DNA of 40,018 nucleotides from an uncultured bacterium (GCA_964510165.1 CAZEBC010000010.1:1-40018); one strand, 5' to 3'; shown: positions 17,802-27,413, counted from the stretch's first letter. The notes: generated from the letters alone by a model not told the origin. Numbers and translations: made by a program.

Positions 17802-18434
17802 ATGGGCGTAGCCGAACGCAAAGAACGTGAAAAGCAGGCCCGCCGTGAAGCGATTCTCGATGCCGCGCGCGAGTGTTTCTTCGAGCATGGCTTCGAGAAT
17901 GCGACTATATCGCAAATTGCTGATACCGTGGAGCTTAGCACCGGCACTCTGTATCTGTATTTCAAGAATAAAGAAGAGATTTATGTTTCGATACTTGAAG
18001 AAGGCCTGGATATCCTGTTTGACTTGATGAAGGCTTCAGAGCGGCCGAACGCCACTGCGCGCGAGATACTCGATGGCTATGCCAACGCCTATTACAAGTT
18101 CTACACCGACTACGGCCAGTATTTTGACATCATCTTCTTTCTGCGTCGCCCGGACAAGCGGGTGGAACTTGACGGCGACCTGCAGGAAAAGCTCGAGCGC
18201 AAGTCCCTCGCGTGCCTCGACCTCCTCGAGTCGGCGGTCCGCAAGGGCATCGCTGAAGGCGATTTTCGCGACGTGAGCCCTTACGAGGCCAGCCGAATCA
18301 TGTGGGGCGCCATGAACGGCCTCATGCTCATTCACGAGAAGCGCACCGATGAGATCACCCGTCAGAAGCTGCCCCGCCTGATTGAAGTTGCGCTTTCTCT
18401 GCTGCTTGACGGAATCCATGTCAAGAAGGATTGA
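17802..18434 (+). CDS. TetR/AcrR family transcriptional regulator
   Basis: ILDAARECFFEHGFENATISQIADTVELSTGTLYLYFKNKEEI HTH. SD AAGGAG. Confidence 0.95.
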   Translation: MGVAERKEREKQARREAILDAARECFFEHGFENATISQIADTVELSTGTLYLYFKNKEEIYVSILEEGLDILFDLMKASERPNATAREILDGYANAYYKFYTDYGQYFDIIFFLRRPDKRVELDGDLQEKLERKSLACLDLLESAVRKGIAEGDFRDVSPYEASRIMWGAMNGLMLIHEKRTDEITRQKLPRLIEVALSLLLDGIHVKKD

Positions 18435-18460
18435 AGGGCTTCACGGGCGTCTTCGCGCTC

Positions 18461-18497
18461 GGAATTGACATTCCCGTCTTCGCCCGAATACAATTCC
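18461..18497 (+). promoter_or_regulatory. Promoter of the C45 peptidase gene, bracketed by an inverted repeat
   Basis: TTGACA(18465)-18 nt-TACAAT(18489). GGAATTG / CAATTCC arms overlap the -35 and -10 boxes. Confidence 0.6.
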
Positions 18498-18538
18498 TCC
18501 ATCGAATATTATTGCCGCCGGACATCGGAGACAAAATC

Positions 18539-20398
18539 ATGGCGTTGCTCGCGCTTGCCCTCTTGGTTCTGCTCGGAATCATCGCGTTTCTCATCTGGCC
18601 CGTCCTCGGAGACGGGAAGGAATATCTTCCGAACCCCGAGGAATTGAGGTGGCTGCGCTCGCTCAAGGTCGTTGAAGAAGGCAAGGCGAAAGCTTTTGGC
18701 CGCGCGCGCATGTATCGCCGCGGCGGGCTCACCGTGCTGAAGCTGTGCGGCTCCCATTATGAGATGGGGTATCAACACGGCCTCCTCTTGAGAGAGCAGG
18801 TCCGGCAAGGCGCGCTTCTCTATTTTGCCGAGCCGACCCGGAATTTGGCCCCCTTCAAGCATATGAAGCCCGTGATGCGGTGGCTCATCGCGAAATACTT
18901 CGATTGGACCATCTATCGCCCGCTGCTTAAGTCTTCTCCCAGGCAGTACCTCGCCGAACTGAAGGGCCTGGCCGACGGCAGCGGCCTCACCTTTTCCCAG
19001 GTGTTTCGAGGCAACATGTTGTCCGACCTCAACATGAACCTGATCAAGGTGCTCGAGAAGAAGGCTCTCGGCAAGAGGTCCGCGGACGGGTGCACCAGCT
19101 TCGCCGCATTCGGCAAAGCTACCGCGGACGGCCGCCTCGTCATGGGTCGAAACACCGATTATGCCGGCGGCGGCCTGTGGGATAGACATCAGGCCGTCCT
19201 GTTTTACGAGCCCGATGACGGCTACAGGTTTGCGAGCGTGACCTCGGCCGGCCTGCTCAAATGCAATTCCTGCATGAACGAGAAAGGGCTGTGCCTGGGC
19301 GCTCATTTCCTCTTCCTCAACGACACAAAACCCGACGGATGGAGCTTCACGTTCCTCGAAATAGAAATCATGAAAAAGGCCGCCACCGTCCAGGAAGCCA
19401 TAGATATAGTCTCGAACAATCCGCGAGCGGGCGCTTTTGCGTTCCTTGTGTGCGATGGCAAGACCAACGAGGCGGCCGTCATCGAGGCGGGCGCCACGCG
19501 CGTCGGGGTTCGCAAACCCGAAGACAGCGTCATTTGGGAAACCAACATGGCTACGACCCCCGAAGTCGAGCCGGCGGACGTATTCCTGAGAAACGGAATC
19601 GGGAAGAATCCTATCGGCCGATTCGAGCGCATGCGCATGCTCTTGTCCGAGCACACCGGGCGAATCACGCCCGCTCTCGCCGCTCGGTTCATGGGCGACC
19701 ACATGGATATGTGCTCCGACAGCATGAGGCCGGTCGGCGGGATCATCTCGCAAGTCACCAACCAGACGAGCGTCGTCTTCAGCCCGGCGACTTTCGATTT
19801 CTGGGTCGCTGACGGCCTCGCCCCGGTTTGCAATAACCCCTACACGGGATTCAACCTGACGAAGGAACTGGCCGAGGACGATGCCGAGGCGGCCCCTGCC
19901 GTCCTTGAACCGAATGAGTACGTCAGGACCCCCGACTACCAGGCCTTGAGAAAGTACTACGACGCGATGGTCGCATACCTGATCCCGCCAACCGACAGGA
20001 AGGCCGCCGTCAAACATCTCGACGAGGCAATTGCCCTCAAACCCGACGAAACCATCTACCGCAGACTGGCGGCCAAGCTGCTCCTTCGCGCGGGCGACGC
20101 GGCGGCAGCCTGCGCCCATCTGACCCACGCGGTCGAATGCTCCCAAAGTCCGAGCGAACTGGCGCACACGCGCCTGTTACTCGGCTTTTCGCACGACCTG
20201 CAGGGTAACCGGCAAGATGCGGTAAAATGCTACAACGAAACCCTCAAAGGGGCCGAATCGGCCGGCGCGGGCGTTCTCGAATCGATCAATCCCCTGATCC
20301 TGGCGGACGCGCGCAAGTATTCCGAGGCGCCCTTTACCGCGAAACAGGCAGGAAGAATCGAGATCAACTTCGAGGTCGTGAGCAAGTACGACCTTTGA
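18539..20398 (+). CDS. C45 family Ntn-hydrolase (acyl-CoA:6-APA acyltransferase-like) with N-terminal anchor and C-terminal TPR-like helices
   Basis: GSHYEMGYQHG, ELKGLADG, autoproteolytic G|CTSFAA, GRNTD, MNEKGL, AAVIE, ETN. ATG 18539 follows GGAG. Confidence 0.88.
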   Translation: MALLALALLVLLGIIAFLIWPVLGDGKEYLPNPEELRWLRSLKVVEEGKAKAFGRARMYRRGGLTVLKLCGSHYEMGYQHGLLLREQVRQGALLYFAEPTRNLAPFKHMKPVMRWLIAKYFDWTIYRPLLKSSPRQYLAELKGLADGSGLTFSQVFRGNMLSDLNMNLIKVLEKKALGKRSADGCTSFAAFGKATADGRLVMGRNTDYAGGGLWDRHQAVLFYEPDDGYRFASVTSAGLLKCNSCMNEKGLCLGAHFLFLNDTKPDGWSFTFLEIEIMKKAATVQEAIDIVSNNPRAGAFAFLVCDGKTNEAAVIEAGATRVGVRKPEDSVIWETNMATTPEVEPADVFLRNGIGKNPIGRFERMRMLLSEHTGRITPALAARFMGDHMDMCSDSMRPVGGIISQVTNQTSVVFSPATFDFWVADGLAPVCNNPYTGFNLTKELAEDDAEAAPAVLEPNEYVRTPDYQALRKYYDAMVAYLIPPTDRKAAVKHLDEAIALKPDETIYRRLAAKLLLRAGDAAAACAHLTHAVECSQSPSELAHTRLLLGFSHDLQGNRQDAVKCYNETLKGAESAGAGVLESINPLILADARKYSEAPFTAKQAGRIEINFEVVSKYDL

Positions 20399-20417
20399 GG
20401 CGGGCTTTTCGGGCAAC

Positions 20418-20447
20418 TTGACAGGAATCCGTAATCTTGACTATAAT
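20418..20447 (+). promoter_or_regulatory. Sigma-70 promoter of the rpmH operon
   Basis: TTGACA-18 nt-TATAAT, both hexamers perfect. Confidence 0.8.
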
Positions 20448-20516
20448 AAATACTTGATGTGGCGCTGCAGCAAGGACCGCATTTCGTCTGAACGAGACTC
20501 TAGATAAGGAACTCCA

Positions 20517-20657
20517 GTGAAGAGAACATACCAGCCGTCCAACACAAAGAGAAAGCGTACCCATGGTTTCAGAGCCCGGATGGCCACCAAGGGCGGGCGA
20601 AGAGTATTGAGCAGCAGGAGGCGGAAGGGTCGAATTCGACTGACCGTGAGCGGCTGA
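20517..20657 (+). CDS. rpmH: 50S ribosomal protein L34
   Basis: GTG start after SD AAGGA. Translates as [46 protein letters not shown]. Absent from the ORF track (46 aa). Confidence 0.97.
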   Translation: MKRTYQPSNTKRKRTHGFRARMATKGGRRVLSSRRRKGRIRLTVSG

Positions 20658-20671
20658 ATACGCGGCCTGTG

Positions 20672-21019
20672 ATGAAAGACCTTGGTCTCCCCGGAAGCAG
20701 GCGACTCAAGAAACAACCCGAATTCAGAAAGCTCTATCGGACCGGACGAAAAGTTTCAGACCAGTACATGACCGTATACACGAGTCCGGTCGAAGGGCGA
20801 GGGGGCAAGGTCGGGATAGTGACCGGCAGGAAGGTGGGAAAACCGGTCGAGCGCAACCGAATACGAAGAGTTCTCAGAGAGATTGTAAGAACCACCCATC
20901 GGGACACGATAGAAAAATCGGACCTTGTAATCGTCGTAAGACCCGCAGCGCTCGAACTTTCCCACCATGAGTTTGCCGAACGCCTTTTGGCGTTGCTCCG
21001 GAAGAGCAGAGCTGTTTAA
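20672..21019 (+). CDS. rnpA: Ribonuclease P protein component
   Basis: [32 protein letters not shown] (RNR motif), DLVIVVR. Canonical position after rpmH. Confidence 0.93.
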   Translation: MKDLGLPGSRRLKKQPEFRKLYRTGRKVSDQYMTVYTSPVEGRGGKVGIVTGRKVGKPVERNRIRRVLREIVRTTHRDTIEKSDLVIVVRPAALELSHHEFAERLLALLRKSRAV

Positions 21020-21228
21020 TGCGTAGACTGCTTATCTTTATCATAAGACTCTACAAGTTATTTGTGTCTCCGCTCCTCCCGCCGGCATGTCGCTTCTTGC
21101 CTACCTGCTCCGATTACGCGGTCGAGGCCCTTCGCAAGTACGGCGTCCTGAAGGGTTCATACTTGACCGTGCGCAGAGTCTTTCGATGCCATCCCCTCTG
21201 TGAGGGAGGCTTTGATCCCGTCCCCTGA
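21019..21228 (+). CDS. yidD: Membrane protein insertion efficiency factor YidD
   Basis: [32 protein letters not shown]. Confidence 0.96.
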   Translation: MRRLLIFIIRLYKLFVSPLLPPACRFLPTCSDYAVEALRKYGVLKGSYLTVRRVFRCHPLCEGGFDPVP

Positions 21229-21269
21229 CGGGCTTTTGAAGCCGGAGAGAAGACCGGGAGTTTTTCATA

Positions 21270-23123
21270 TTGGATAAAGAAACCCAGCGAAACATGCTCA
21301 TCGCGATCGCACTTTCCGTGCTGATCATGATAGTGTGGATGCAATTCTTCGCACCCGAACCGCCGCGCGTCACTGAACAGACGCAGGACGCGATCGAGCG
21401 AATATACGAGGCCGAGCAACCCGCCGGGCTGGAACCCGAGGCGCCCATCGCCGAACGGGTCAAGCCCGACGAATTGGCGAAGGCTCAGGATGTCCTGGTG
21501 CAAACCACTCATATCAGCGCCACGTTCACGACGCTCGGCGCGCGCCTCGTCTCTCTCAGTCTGCCCGAATATCAGTCCAAGCGAGGCGGTCAGGTAGAAC
21601 TCGTCCCCAATGTTGAAGATATGAGCTGGCCGCTCGGGCTTCGATTTAACGACGAGGATTTCGGAACCAGGACCGAGGATTTCATTTACGATTATACGCT
21701 GTACGATTCGACGAGCGCCGAGTTGAGCGACATATCTCAGACGTTGAAGCTATGCCCGGAGAACTCTGCCGGGAAATCCGAAGACGAAATCTGGCGTCAG
21801 CTTGACTCGTGTCTTCAGAACGCTGGCGATCAAACACTGCGTCCAGTGGTCCTTGGCCTGGTATCAAGGCGCCTCGCTTCCGGGCAAAGCGCAAGCTCGC
21901 TTGCCGCGCAGGCCGAGGAGCTTTCAAAGAGCCAGGTGCTGGTCTTCTCTTACCGGCTGACCCCTCAAATCGACATCATTAAAGCTTTCGTTTTCGCTCC
22001 GGAAAAGTATTCGTTCGACATGATTACCGCGTTCCGCAACCTCGGTGACCGGACCATCCAGCTGGGAGGAAACCAGCCGAGCTATTGGATATCATGGGTT
22101 CCCGGCATGGAAAGCTCGGAAACCTCCCCCAAGTATGACGAGCTTGTGGGTGTTCACCTCGTCCAGCGGAATTTCGGCCAGAAGAGCATCAGAAAGCTGA
22201 AGGAAGCGAAGGAGTTTGCGGAAGACCTCACTTGGATAGGACTTAAGAGGAAGTACTTCTTCGTCGCGTTCGAGCCCGGCAGCGGACTTGCCGCCGCCTC
22301 GATGAATCCGCTGGGTGAAAAGGAAGAACTGGTACGCATAAGCCTTGCGATGGCCCCGATGACAATCGAGCCGGGCCAGGCCGCCGCCAACCACGTCCGC
22401 ATCTGCGTCGGCCCCATGCTGAAACACGTGCTCGAGTCATGCGGCCCCGGCTTCGACCAGATACTTAACTTCGGATTCTTCGACTACTTCGGAAAAATCC
22501 TGCTTGCCGGACTGCTGTTCTTCAATAAGTATGTGCAGAACTATGGGCTCGCCATTATCCTGCTCACGATAGTCGTTCGGGTCGCCCTGTTCCCGCTGAA
22601 CCAGAAGAGCTACAAGTCAATGAAGGAGATGCAGGCGCTCCAGCCCAAAGTGGCGGAACTCAGGGAAAAATACAAGAAGAATCCGCAAGAGATGAACCGC
22701 AAGATGATGGAACTGTATCGGACGCACAAGGTCAACCCCATGGGGGGCTGCCTCCCCATCGCGTTCCAGATGCCGGTATTCATCGCGCTCTTCCAGGCGC
22801 TCAGATACGCTGTCGAACTGCGCGGCGCACAGTTCTTGTGGATCACGGACCTCTCCGAGCCGGACCGTTTGTTCACGCTCACCGTGCCATTCAACCTGCC
22901 CATCAACCTTCTGCCGCTCCTGGTCATTGGAGCGATGGTGATCCAGCAGAAGATGACTCCCGTGGCAGGCGCCCAGAATGAGGCACAGCAGAAGATGATG
23001 CAGTACATGCCGATTATCTTCGGCTTCCTCTTCTACAGCATGCCTTCGGGACTTACGGTCTATTTTCTGGTGTCTACGGTGCTCGGACTCGTGCAACAAT
23101 ACTTCGTTCAAAAGGCGGCTTGA
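21270..23123 (+). CDS. yidC: Membrane protein insertase YidC
   Basis: N-terminal TM, periplasmic beta domain, NYGLAIILLTIVVR, LQPK, VNPMGGCLP, WITDLSEPD, PSGLTVY. TTG start. Confidence 0.96.
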   Translation: MDKETQRNMLIAIALSVLIMIVWMQFFAPEPPRVTEQTQDAIERIYEAEQPAGLEPEAPIAERVKPDELAKAQDVLVQTTHISATFTTLGARLVSLSLPEYQSKRGGQVELVPNVEDMSWPLGLRFNDEDFGTRTEDFIYDYTLYDSTSAELSDISQTLKLCPENSAGKSEDEIWRQLDSCLQNAGDQTLRPVVLGLVSRRLASGQSASSLAAQAEELSKSQVLVFSYRLTPQIDIIKAFVFAPEKYSFDMITAFRNLGDRTIQLGGNQPSYWISWVPGMESSETSPKYDELVGVHLVQRNFGQKSIRKLKEAKEFAEDLTWIGLKRKYFFVAFEPGSGLAAASMNPLGEKEELVRISLAMAPMTIEPGQAAANHVRICVGPMLKHVLESCGPGFDQILNFGFFDYFGKILLAGLLFFNKYVQNYGLAIILLTIVVRVALFPLNQKSYKSMKEMQALQPKVAELREKYKKNPQEMNRKMMELYRTHKVNPMGGCLPIAFQMPVFIALFQALRYAVELRGAQFLWITDLSEPDRLFTLTVPFNLPINLLPLLVIGAMVIQQKMTPVAGAQNEAQQKMMQYMPIIFGFLFYSMPSGLTVYFLVSTVLGLVQQYFVQKAA

Positions 23124-23154
23124 TTATGGACCGCATTAGGAAAGGAAGCATACC

Positions 23155-23889
23155 ATGATATCGATTGAAATGGAAGGAAAGACACCCGAAGAAGCCATCC
23201 AGAAGGCGCTCGAAGTTCTCGATGCCCCCCGCGAAAAAGTCAAGGTAGAGATTCTCGACGAGGGAAGTAAAGGTCTTTTCGGCATGATCGGCAGCAAACA
23301 GGCCAAGATCAGGGCAACCCTCCTCCAGCTCGAGGAACCCGAACCGGCGCCCGCCGCCCGCACCGATTTCACGCCGCGCCCTACCGTTACCGCCGCAAAG
23401 CCTCCCAAGCCCATAACCGATGAGCGCGCAACGCCCGTCCAGACGGATGTAGCTAAGGAGGTCCTGGACAATATTCTGCGGCTCATGGGGTTCCAGGCTA
23501 CAGTCACACAGAAGATCGTCGACGACAAGATAGTCTTCACGGTCCAGGCGGGCGAGGACAGCAACATTCTCATCGGCAAACGAGGCAAGAACCTCAACGG
23601 ACTGCAATACATAGTCAACCGCATCCGCGCGCGGCACAATGAGAATGCGCGGCCCGTCATCATCGACGTCGAGGGATACAGGGAGCGACGCAAGGAATCT
23701 CTGGAAGCCCTGGCCCGCAGGCTCGCCGCCAAGGCGAAAAGCTCCAGGCGCGAGGTCGAAACCGAGCCTCTTTCCGCCGCCGACCGCAGGCTCATTCACA
23801 TGGCGCTCAAGGACGATAACGAGGTGCAGACCCAGAGCCGCGGCGAGGGGTTCCTCAAGAACGTTGTCGTAAGGCCGAAACATCGGTAA
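23155..23889 (+). CDS. jag: RNA-binding protein Jag/KhpB (Jag_N-KH-R3H)
   Basis: EGKTPEEAI..KGLFG (Jag_N), LIGKRGKNLNGLQ (KH), DVEGYRERR, DRRLIH (R3H). Confidence 0.93.
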   Translation: MISIEMEGKTPEEAIQKALEVLDAPREKVKVEILDEGSKGLFGMIGSKQAKIRATLLQLEEPEPAPAARTDFTPRPTVTAAKPPKPITDERATPVQTDVAKEVLDNILRLMGFQATVTQKIVDDKIVFTVQAGEDSNILIGKRGKNLNGLQYIVNRIRARHNENARPVIIDVEGYRERRKESLEALARRLAAKAKSSRREVETEPLSAADRRLIHMALKDDNEVQTQSRGEGFLKNVVVRPKHR

Positions 23890-23897
23890 CCATGTTT

Positions 23898-23940
23898 CCC
23901 TCACCCAGCCCTCTCCCGCCGGGAGAGGGCAGGGTGAGGG
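23898..23940. repeat. Palindromic repeat family A, copy 2
   Basis: CCCTCACCCAGCCCTCTCCC gcc GGGAGAGGGCAGGGTGAGGG. Confidence 0.88.
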
Positions 23941-23948
23941 GTTTTGGT

Positions 23949-23996
23949 TAAATTGGGGACATTTCGCGCGGCGTGGGACATGGTGTCCCCAATTTA
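23949..23996. repeat. Palindromic repeat family B, copy 3
   Basis: Perfect 13 bp arms TAAATTGGGGACA / TGTCCCCAATTTA around a 22 nt spacer. Confidence 0.85.
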
Positions 23997-24035
23997 GCCT
24001 GCCGCTCTGTGCGCCCGATCTGCCAAGAGTCGCAC

Positions 24036-25418
24036 ATGCTTGACAACTCCACGATTTGCGCCATTTCGACGCCGCTCGGACACGGCGGCATAGGCATCGT
24101 CCGGCTCAGCGGACCCGATGCCGTCGCCATCGCCGAACGCCTTGTCCTCCCCACAAACGGCCTGCCGCTCTCCCGCCAGGAGCCGCGCCGGCTCGTTCAC
24201 GGCCGCGTGATGGAGGACGGCGCAACCGTTGATGAGGTGCTCGTGAGCGTGATGCGCGCCCCTCACAGCTATACGACCGAGGACGTGGTCGAAGTCAACT
24301 GTCACGGGGGCGCCGTAGCGGTTCGACAAACTCTCGAACTCATGCTCAAGTCAGGCGCGCGACTTGCCGAACCCGGCGAGTTCACGAAGCGCGCGTTTCT
24401 CGGGGGACGCATCGATCTGGCGCAGGCCGAAGCTGTCGCCGACCTCATCGGGGCGCGCACGTCGGCCGGCTTGAGGGCCGCCGCCAACCAGCTCCAGGGC
24501 AGATTGAGTGAGCGAATCACCATGCTCCGAGACAAGCTCCTGGATTGCCTCGCTCACGTCGAGGTCTCCATAGATTTCCCCGAAGACGAGGCCCGGCCAG
24601 CGTCGGGTGCCGGTGTCCGTCAGATTGTCGAATCGATCATGCACGAGATAGACGCACTGCTCGAAAACGCCCGGGGCGGCAGGCTCTACCGCGACGGAAT
24701 CTCCACCGTGATCGCGGGCAAGGCGAACGTAGGCAAATCCAGCCTCCTTAACGCCCTCTTGAGCGAGCCTCGCGCCATTGTCACCGAGGAACCGGGCACC
24801 ACCCGCGATGTCATCATCGAATCCATCGACCTGCACGGCATCGCGCTCAGACTGTGCGACACAGCGGGCATCCGCGAGCCCGGCTGTGAGGTCGAGCGCC
24901 TCGGAGTTGAACGCAGCCAGCGCGCCGTCGCCGAGGCGGACCTCGTCCTGTTCGTCATAGATTCATCCAAACCTCTGACCGACGAGGACGCCAAGATTGT
25001 TGAGCGACTAAAAACAAAGCCGCATGTGATACTCGCGGCGAACAAGGCCGATCTCAGGCCGGACGCCGACCTGTCCGACTTGTCCGGAGCTTTGCCGGAC
25101 AGACGAATTGTCCGAACCTCCGCCACCGAAGGAACCGGCATCAGAGAACTGCAAGAGGCGATCTTCGAGGAGATAACCGAGGGCGCCGCGTTCGCGCCCG
25201 AGGAGATTCTCGTCAGTCGCCTGAGACACCAGCAGGCGCTTCAGGAGGCGCGCGCGGCGCTTTCCAACGGATCGCAGGCCCTCGAGAACGGGCTGTCACT
25301 CGAATTCGTGGCTGCCGACCTGAGAGAAGCGCTCGACCATCTCGGCGAAATAGTGGGCGCCGTCGTGACGGAAGACCTGCTCGACAGAATCTTCAGCGAA
25401 TTCTGCATCGGAAAGTAG
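24036..25418 (+). CDS. mnmE: tRNA modification GTPase MnmE
   Basis: TICAISTP..GIGIVRLSG, APHSYTTEDVVEVNCHGG, AEPGEFTKRAF, GKANVGKSS, PGTTRD, DTAG, NKAD and C-terminal FCIGK. Confidence 0.97.
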   Translation: MLDNSTICAISTPLGHGGIGIVRLSGPDAVAIAERLVLPTNGLPLSRQEPRRLVHGRVMEDGATVDEVLVSVMRAPHSYTTEDVVEVNCHGGAVAVRQTLELMLKSGARLAEPGEFTKRAFLGGRIDLAQAEAVADLIGARTSAGLRAAANQLQGRLSERITMLRDKLLDCLAHVEVSIDFPEDEARPASGAGVRQIVESIMHEIDALLENARGGRLYRDGISTVIAGKANVGKSSLLNALLSEPRAIVTEEPGTTRDVIIESIDLHGIALRLCDTAGIREPGCEVERLGVERSQRAVAEADLVLFVIDSSKPLTDEDAKIVERLKTKPHVILAANKADLRPDADLSDLSGALPDRRIVRTSATEGTGIRELQEAIFEEITEGAAFAPEEILVSRLRHQQALQEARAALSNGSQALENGLSLEFVAADLREALDHLGEIVGAVVTEDLLDRIFSEFCIGK

Positions 25419-25464
25419 GGGCGCGATTCATCGCGCCCGGGGGCGCAATGAATTGTGCCCATAC
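25415..25464. repeat. GTAG-type REP doublet (family C), inverted pair
   Basis: GTAGGGGCGCGATTCATCGCGCCC (25415-25438) and, on the minus strand, GTATGGGCACAATTCATTGCGCCC (25441-25464). Confidence 0.85.
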
Positions 25465-25469
25465 AACGT

Positions 25470-27341
25470 ATGTACATTTACCCGAAAAAATACGACGTGA
25501 TCGTCATCGGCGCGGGACACGCTGGGTGTGAGGCCGCACTCGCAGCCGCCAAGATGGGCTGCGAAACTTTGCTCCTTACCATCTCGCTCGACACCATCGC
25601 GCAGATGTCGTGCAACCCGGCGATCGGCGGTCTCGCCAAGGGTCATCTCGCCCGCGAGATAGACGCGCTCGGCGGCGCCATGGGAAGAGTCACCGATGCC
25701 GCCGGCATCCAGTTCCGAATGCTCAACCGGAGCAAAGGTCCCGCCGTGTGGGCGCCGCGCGCGCAGGCAGACAAGAAGGCGTATCATCTCAAGATGAAGC
25801 ACCTGCTCGAGGAGGCCGAGCGCCTCGACCTCAAGCAGGCGCTTGTTGACGATATCTGTGTGGAGAACGGCAGGGTCGCCGGCGTCACCACGCAAACCCA
25901 GACAAAGTTCGAGGGCCGCTCGGTCATCATCACGACGGGCACGTTCCTGCGCGGATTGATACATGTTGGTCTTTCCAATTACGAGGCCGGACGCGCGGGC
26001 GAATTCCCCTCCCGGCGCCTGTCGGGAGCGCTTGAGAGGATCGGCTTTCAGCTCGGCCGACTCAAGACGGGCACTCCCCCACGCATAAACAAGAACACGG
26101 TCGCCCTCTCGGCCTTTGTCGAGCAACCCGGCGACGTGCCGCCGCCTCCGTTCTCCTTCTCAACCGACAGCATCGAACGCGACCAGGTTCCCTGCTATCT
26201 CGGCTACACGAACAAGACGACTCATGATGTGATTCGGCAGAACCTGGACCGTTCTCCGCTCTATTCCGGAAGAATCTCCGGCGTAGGCCCGCGCTATTGC
26301 CCTTCCATCGAGGACAAGGTAGTCAAGTTCCCCGAGAAGACGCAGCACCAGATTTTCCTCGAGCCGGAAGGCTACGAGACGGATGAGTTCTATTGCAATG
26401 GGATTTCTACCAGCCTGCCCGAGGACGTCCAAGTCGCGTTTCTCCACACCATCCGCGGCCTTGAACGCGCCGAGATCATGCGCTTCGGCTACGCCATCGA
26501 ATACGATTTCGCGCCGCCCTCGCAAATCAAGCCGACGCTCGAAACCAGAACGGTGCAAAACCTCTACTTCGCGGGTCAGATAAACGGCACCTCCGGCTAT
26601 GAGGAGGCCGCCGCGCAGGGCCTCATGGCGGGCATCAACGCCGCCCTCAAGCTTAGGGGCGAGCCGCCGCTGGTGTTTGACCGGTCACAGGCGTACATCG
26701 GCGTATTGATAGACGACCTGGTCACCAGGGAGATACGGGAGCCATATCGCATGTTCACCGCCCGGGCCGAATATCGGCTGCTCCTCAGGCAGGACAACGC
26801 CGACCTTCGCCTCATGCCCATCGGCCGCAAGCTCGGCCTCGTTGATGATTCCGCCTACCGCCGCCTCGATGAGAAACGCGAGCGCATCGAACGGGAACTT
26901 CATCGGCTCAAACACACCCGGCTCTCCCCCTCGGAAACGATCAATCGCTTCCTTTCGGAACGGGGCGCCGGCCCTCTCAAGGACGGAACCACCCTCGAAC
27001 AACTGCTGCGCCGGCCCGAGCTGGAACTCGCCGACGTGTACGCGCTCGCCGGAGTTGCCCTTCCTCCGGACAGTGTTTCGGCTCAGGTCCAGACAGACGT
27101 CAAGTATGAGGGCTACGTCAAGCGGCAACTTGCGCACATTGAAAAGCTGAGAAAACTCGAGGGCGCGGCGATCCCCCCGGACCTTGATTACGCCGAAGTT
27201 TACGGGCTGCGTATCGAGGCGCGCGAGAAACTCTCCCGCTTTCGCCCGCTCTCGCTCGGACAGGCGGCCCGCATCACCGGCGTAAACCCGTCCGATATCT
27301 CCATACTGATGGTCCACCTCAAAGCGCGCGGCGCGCTGTGA
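25470..27341 (+). CDS. mnmG: tRNA uridine-5-carboxymethylaminomethyl(34) synthesis enzyme MnmG (GidA)
   Basis: VIGAGHAGCEAA, MSCNPAIGG, RLKTGTPPR, GPRYCPSIEDK, AGQINGTSGYEEAAAQG, EPYRMFT. Confidence 0.98.
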   Translation: MYIYPKKYDVIVIGAGHAGCEAALAAAKMGCETLLLTISLDTIAQMSCNPAIGGLAKGHLAREIDALGGAMGRVTDAAGIQFRMLNRSKGPAVWAPRAQADKKAYHLKMKHLLEEAERLDLKQALVDDICVENGRVAGVTTQTQTKFEGRSVIITTGTFLRGLIHVGLSNYEAGRAGEFPSRRLSGALERIGFQLGRLKTGTPPRINKNTVALSAFVEQPGDVPPPPFSFSTDSIERDQVPCYLGYTNKTTHDVIRQNLDRSPLYSGRISGVGPRYCPSIEDKVVKFPEKTQHQIFLEPEGYETDEFYCNGISTSLPEDVQVAFLHTIRGLERAEIMRFGYAIEYDFAPPSQIKPTLETRTVQNLYFAGQINGTSGYEEAAAQGLMAGINAALKLRGEPPLVFDRSQAYIGVLIDDLVTREIREPYRMFTARAEYRLLLRQDNADLRLMPIGRKLGLVDDSAYRRLDEKRERIERELHRLKHTRLSPSETINRFLSERGAGPLKDGTTLEQLLRRPELELADVYALAGVALPPDSVSAQVQTDVKYEGYVKRQLAHIEKLRKLEGAAIPPDLDYAEVYGLRIEAREKLSRFRPLSLGQAARITGVNPSDISILMVHLKARGAL

Positions 27342-27355
27342 CATCTCCTCTTATT

Positions 27356-27383
27356 GTAGGGGCGTAGTAGCGCGCGGCGCTCC
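27356..27383 (+). repeat. Degenerate GTAG-type REP (family C)
   Basis: TGTAGGGGCGTAGTAGCGCGCGGCGCTCC just after the mnmG stop. Confidence 0.5.
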
Positions 27384-27384
27384 T

Positions 27385-27413
27385 TTGCAAATGGCCGAAT
27401 CCTGTGGTAGAAT
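27385..27413 (+). promoter_or_regulatory. Sigma-70-like promoter of the TPR gene
   Basis: TTGCAA-17 nt-TAGAAT with TG extension. Confidence 0.65.

Noticed and set aside
20399..20516. Possible oriC upstream of rpmH
   Set aside because: No dnaA, no TTATCCACA-type box array and no AT-rich unwinding element. The gap is only about 118 nt.
23973..24035. N-terminal extensions in the ORF track (mnmE from 23973, FGGY from 13388, wHTH from 39438, bactofilin from 9277, C45 from 18431)
   Set aside because: They run through repeats or promoters. Downstream ATGs fit the family N-termini, and most have SD sequences.
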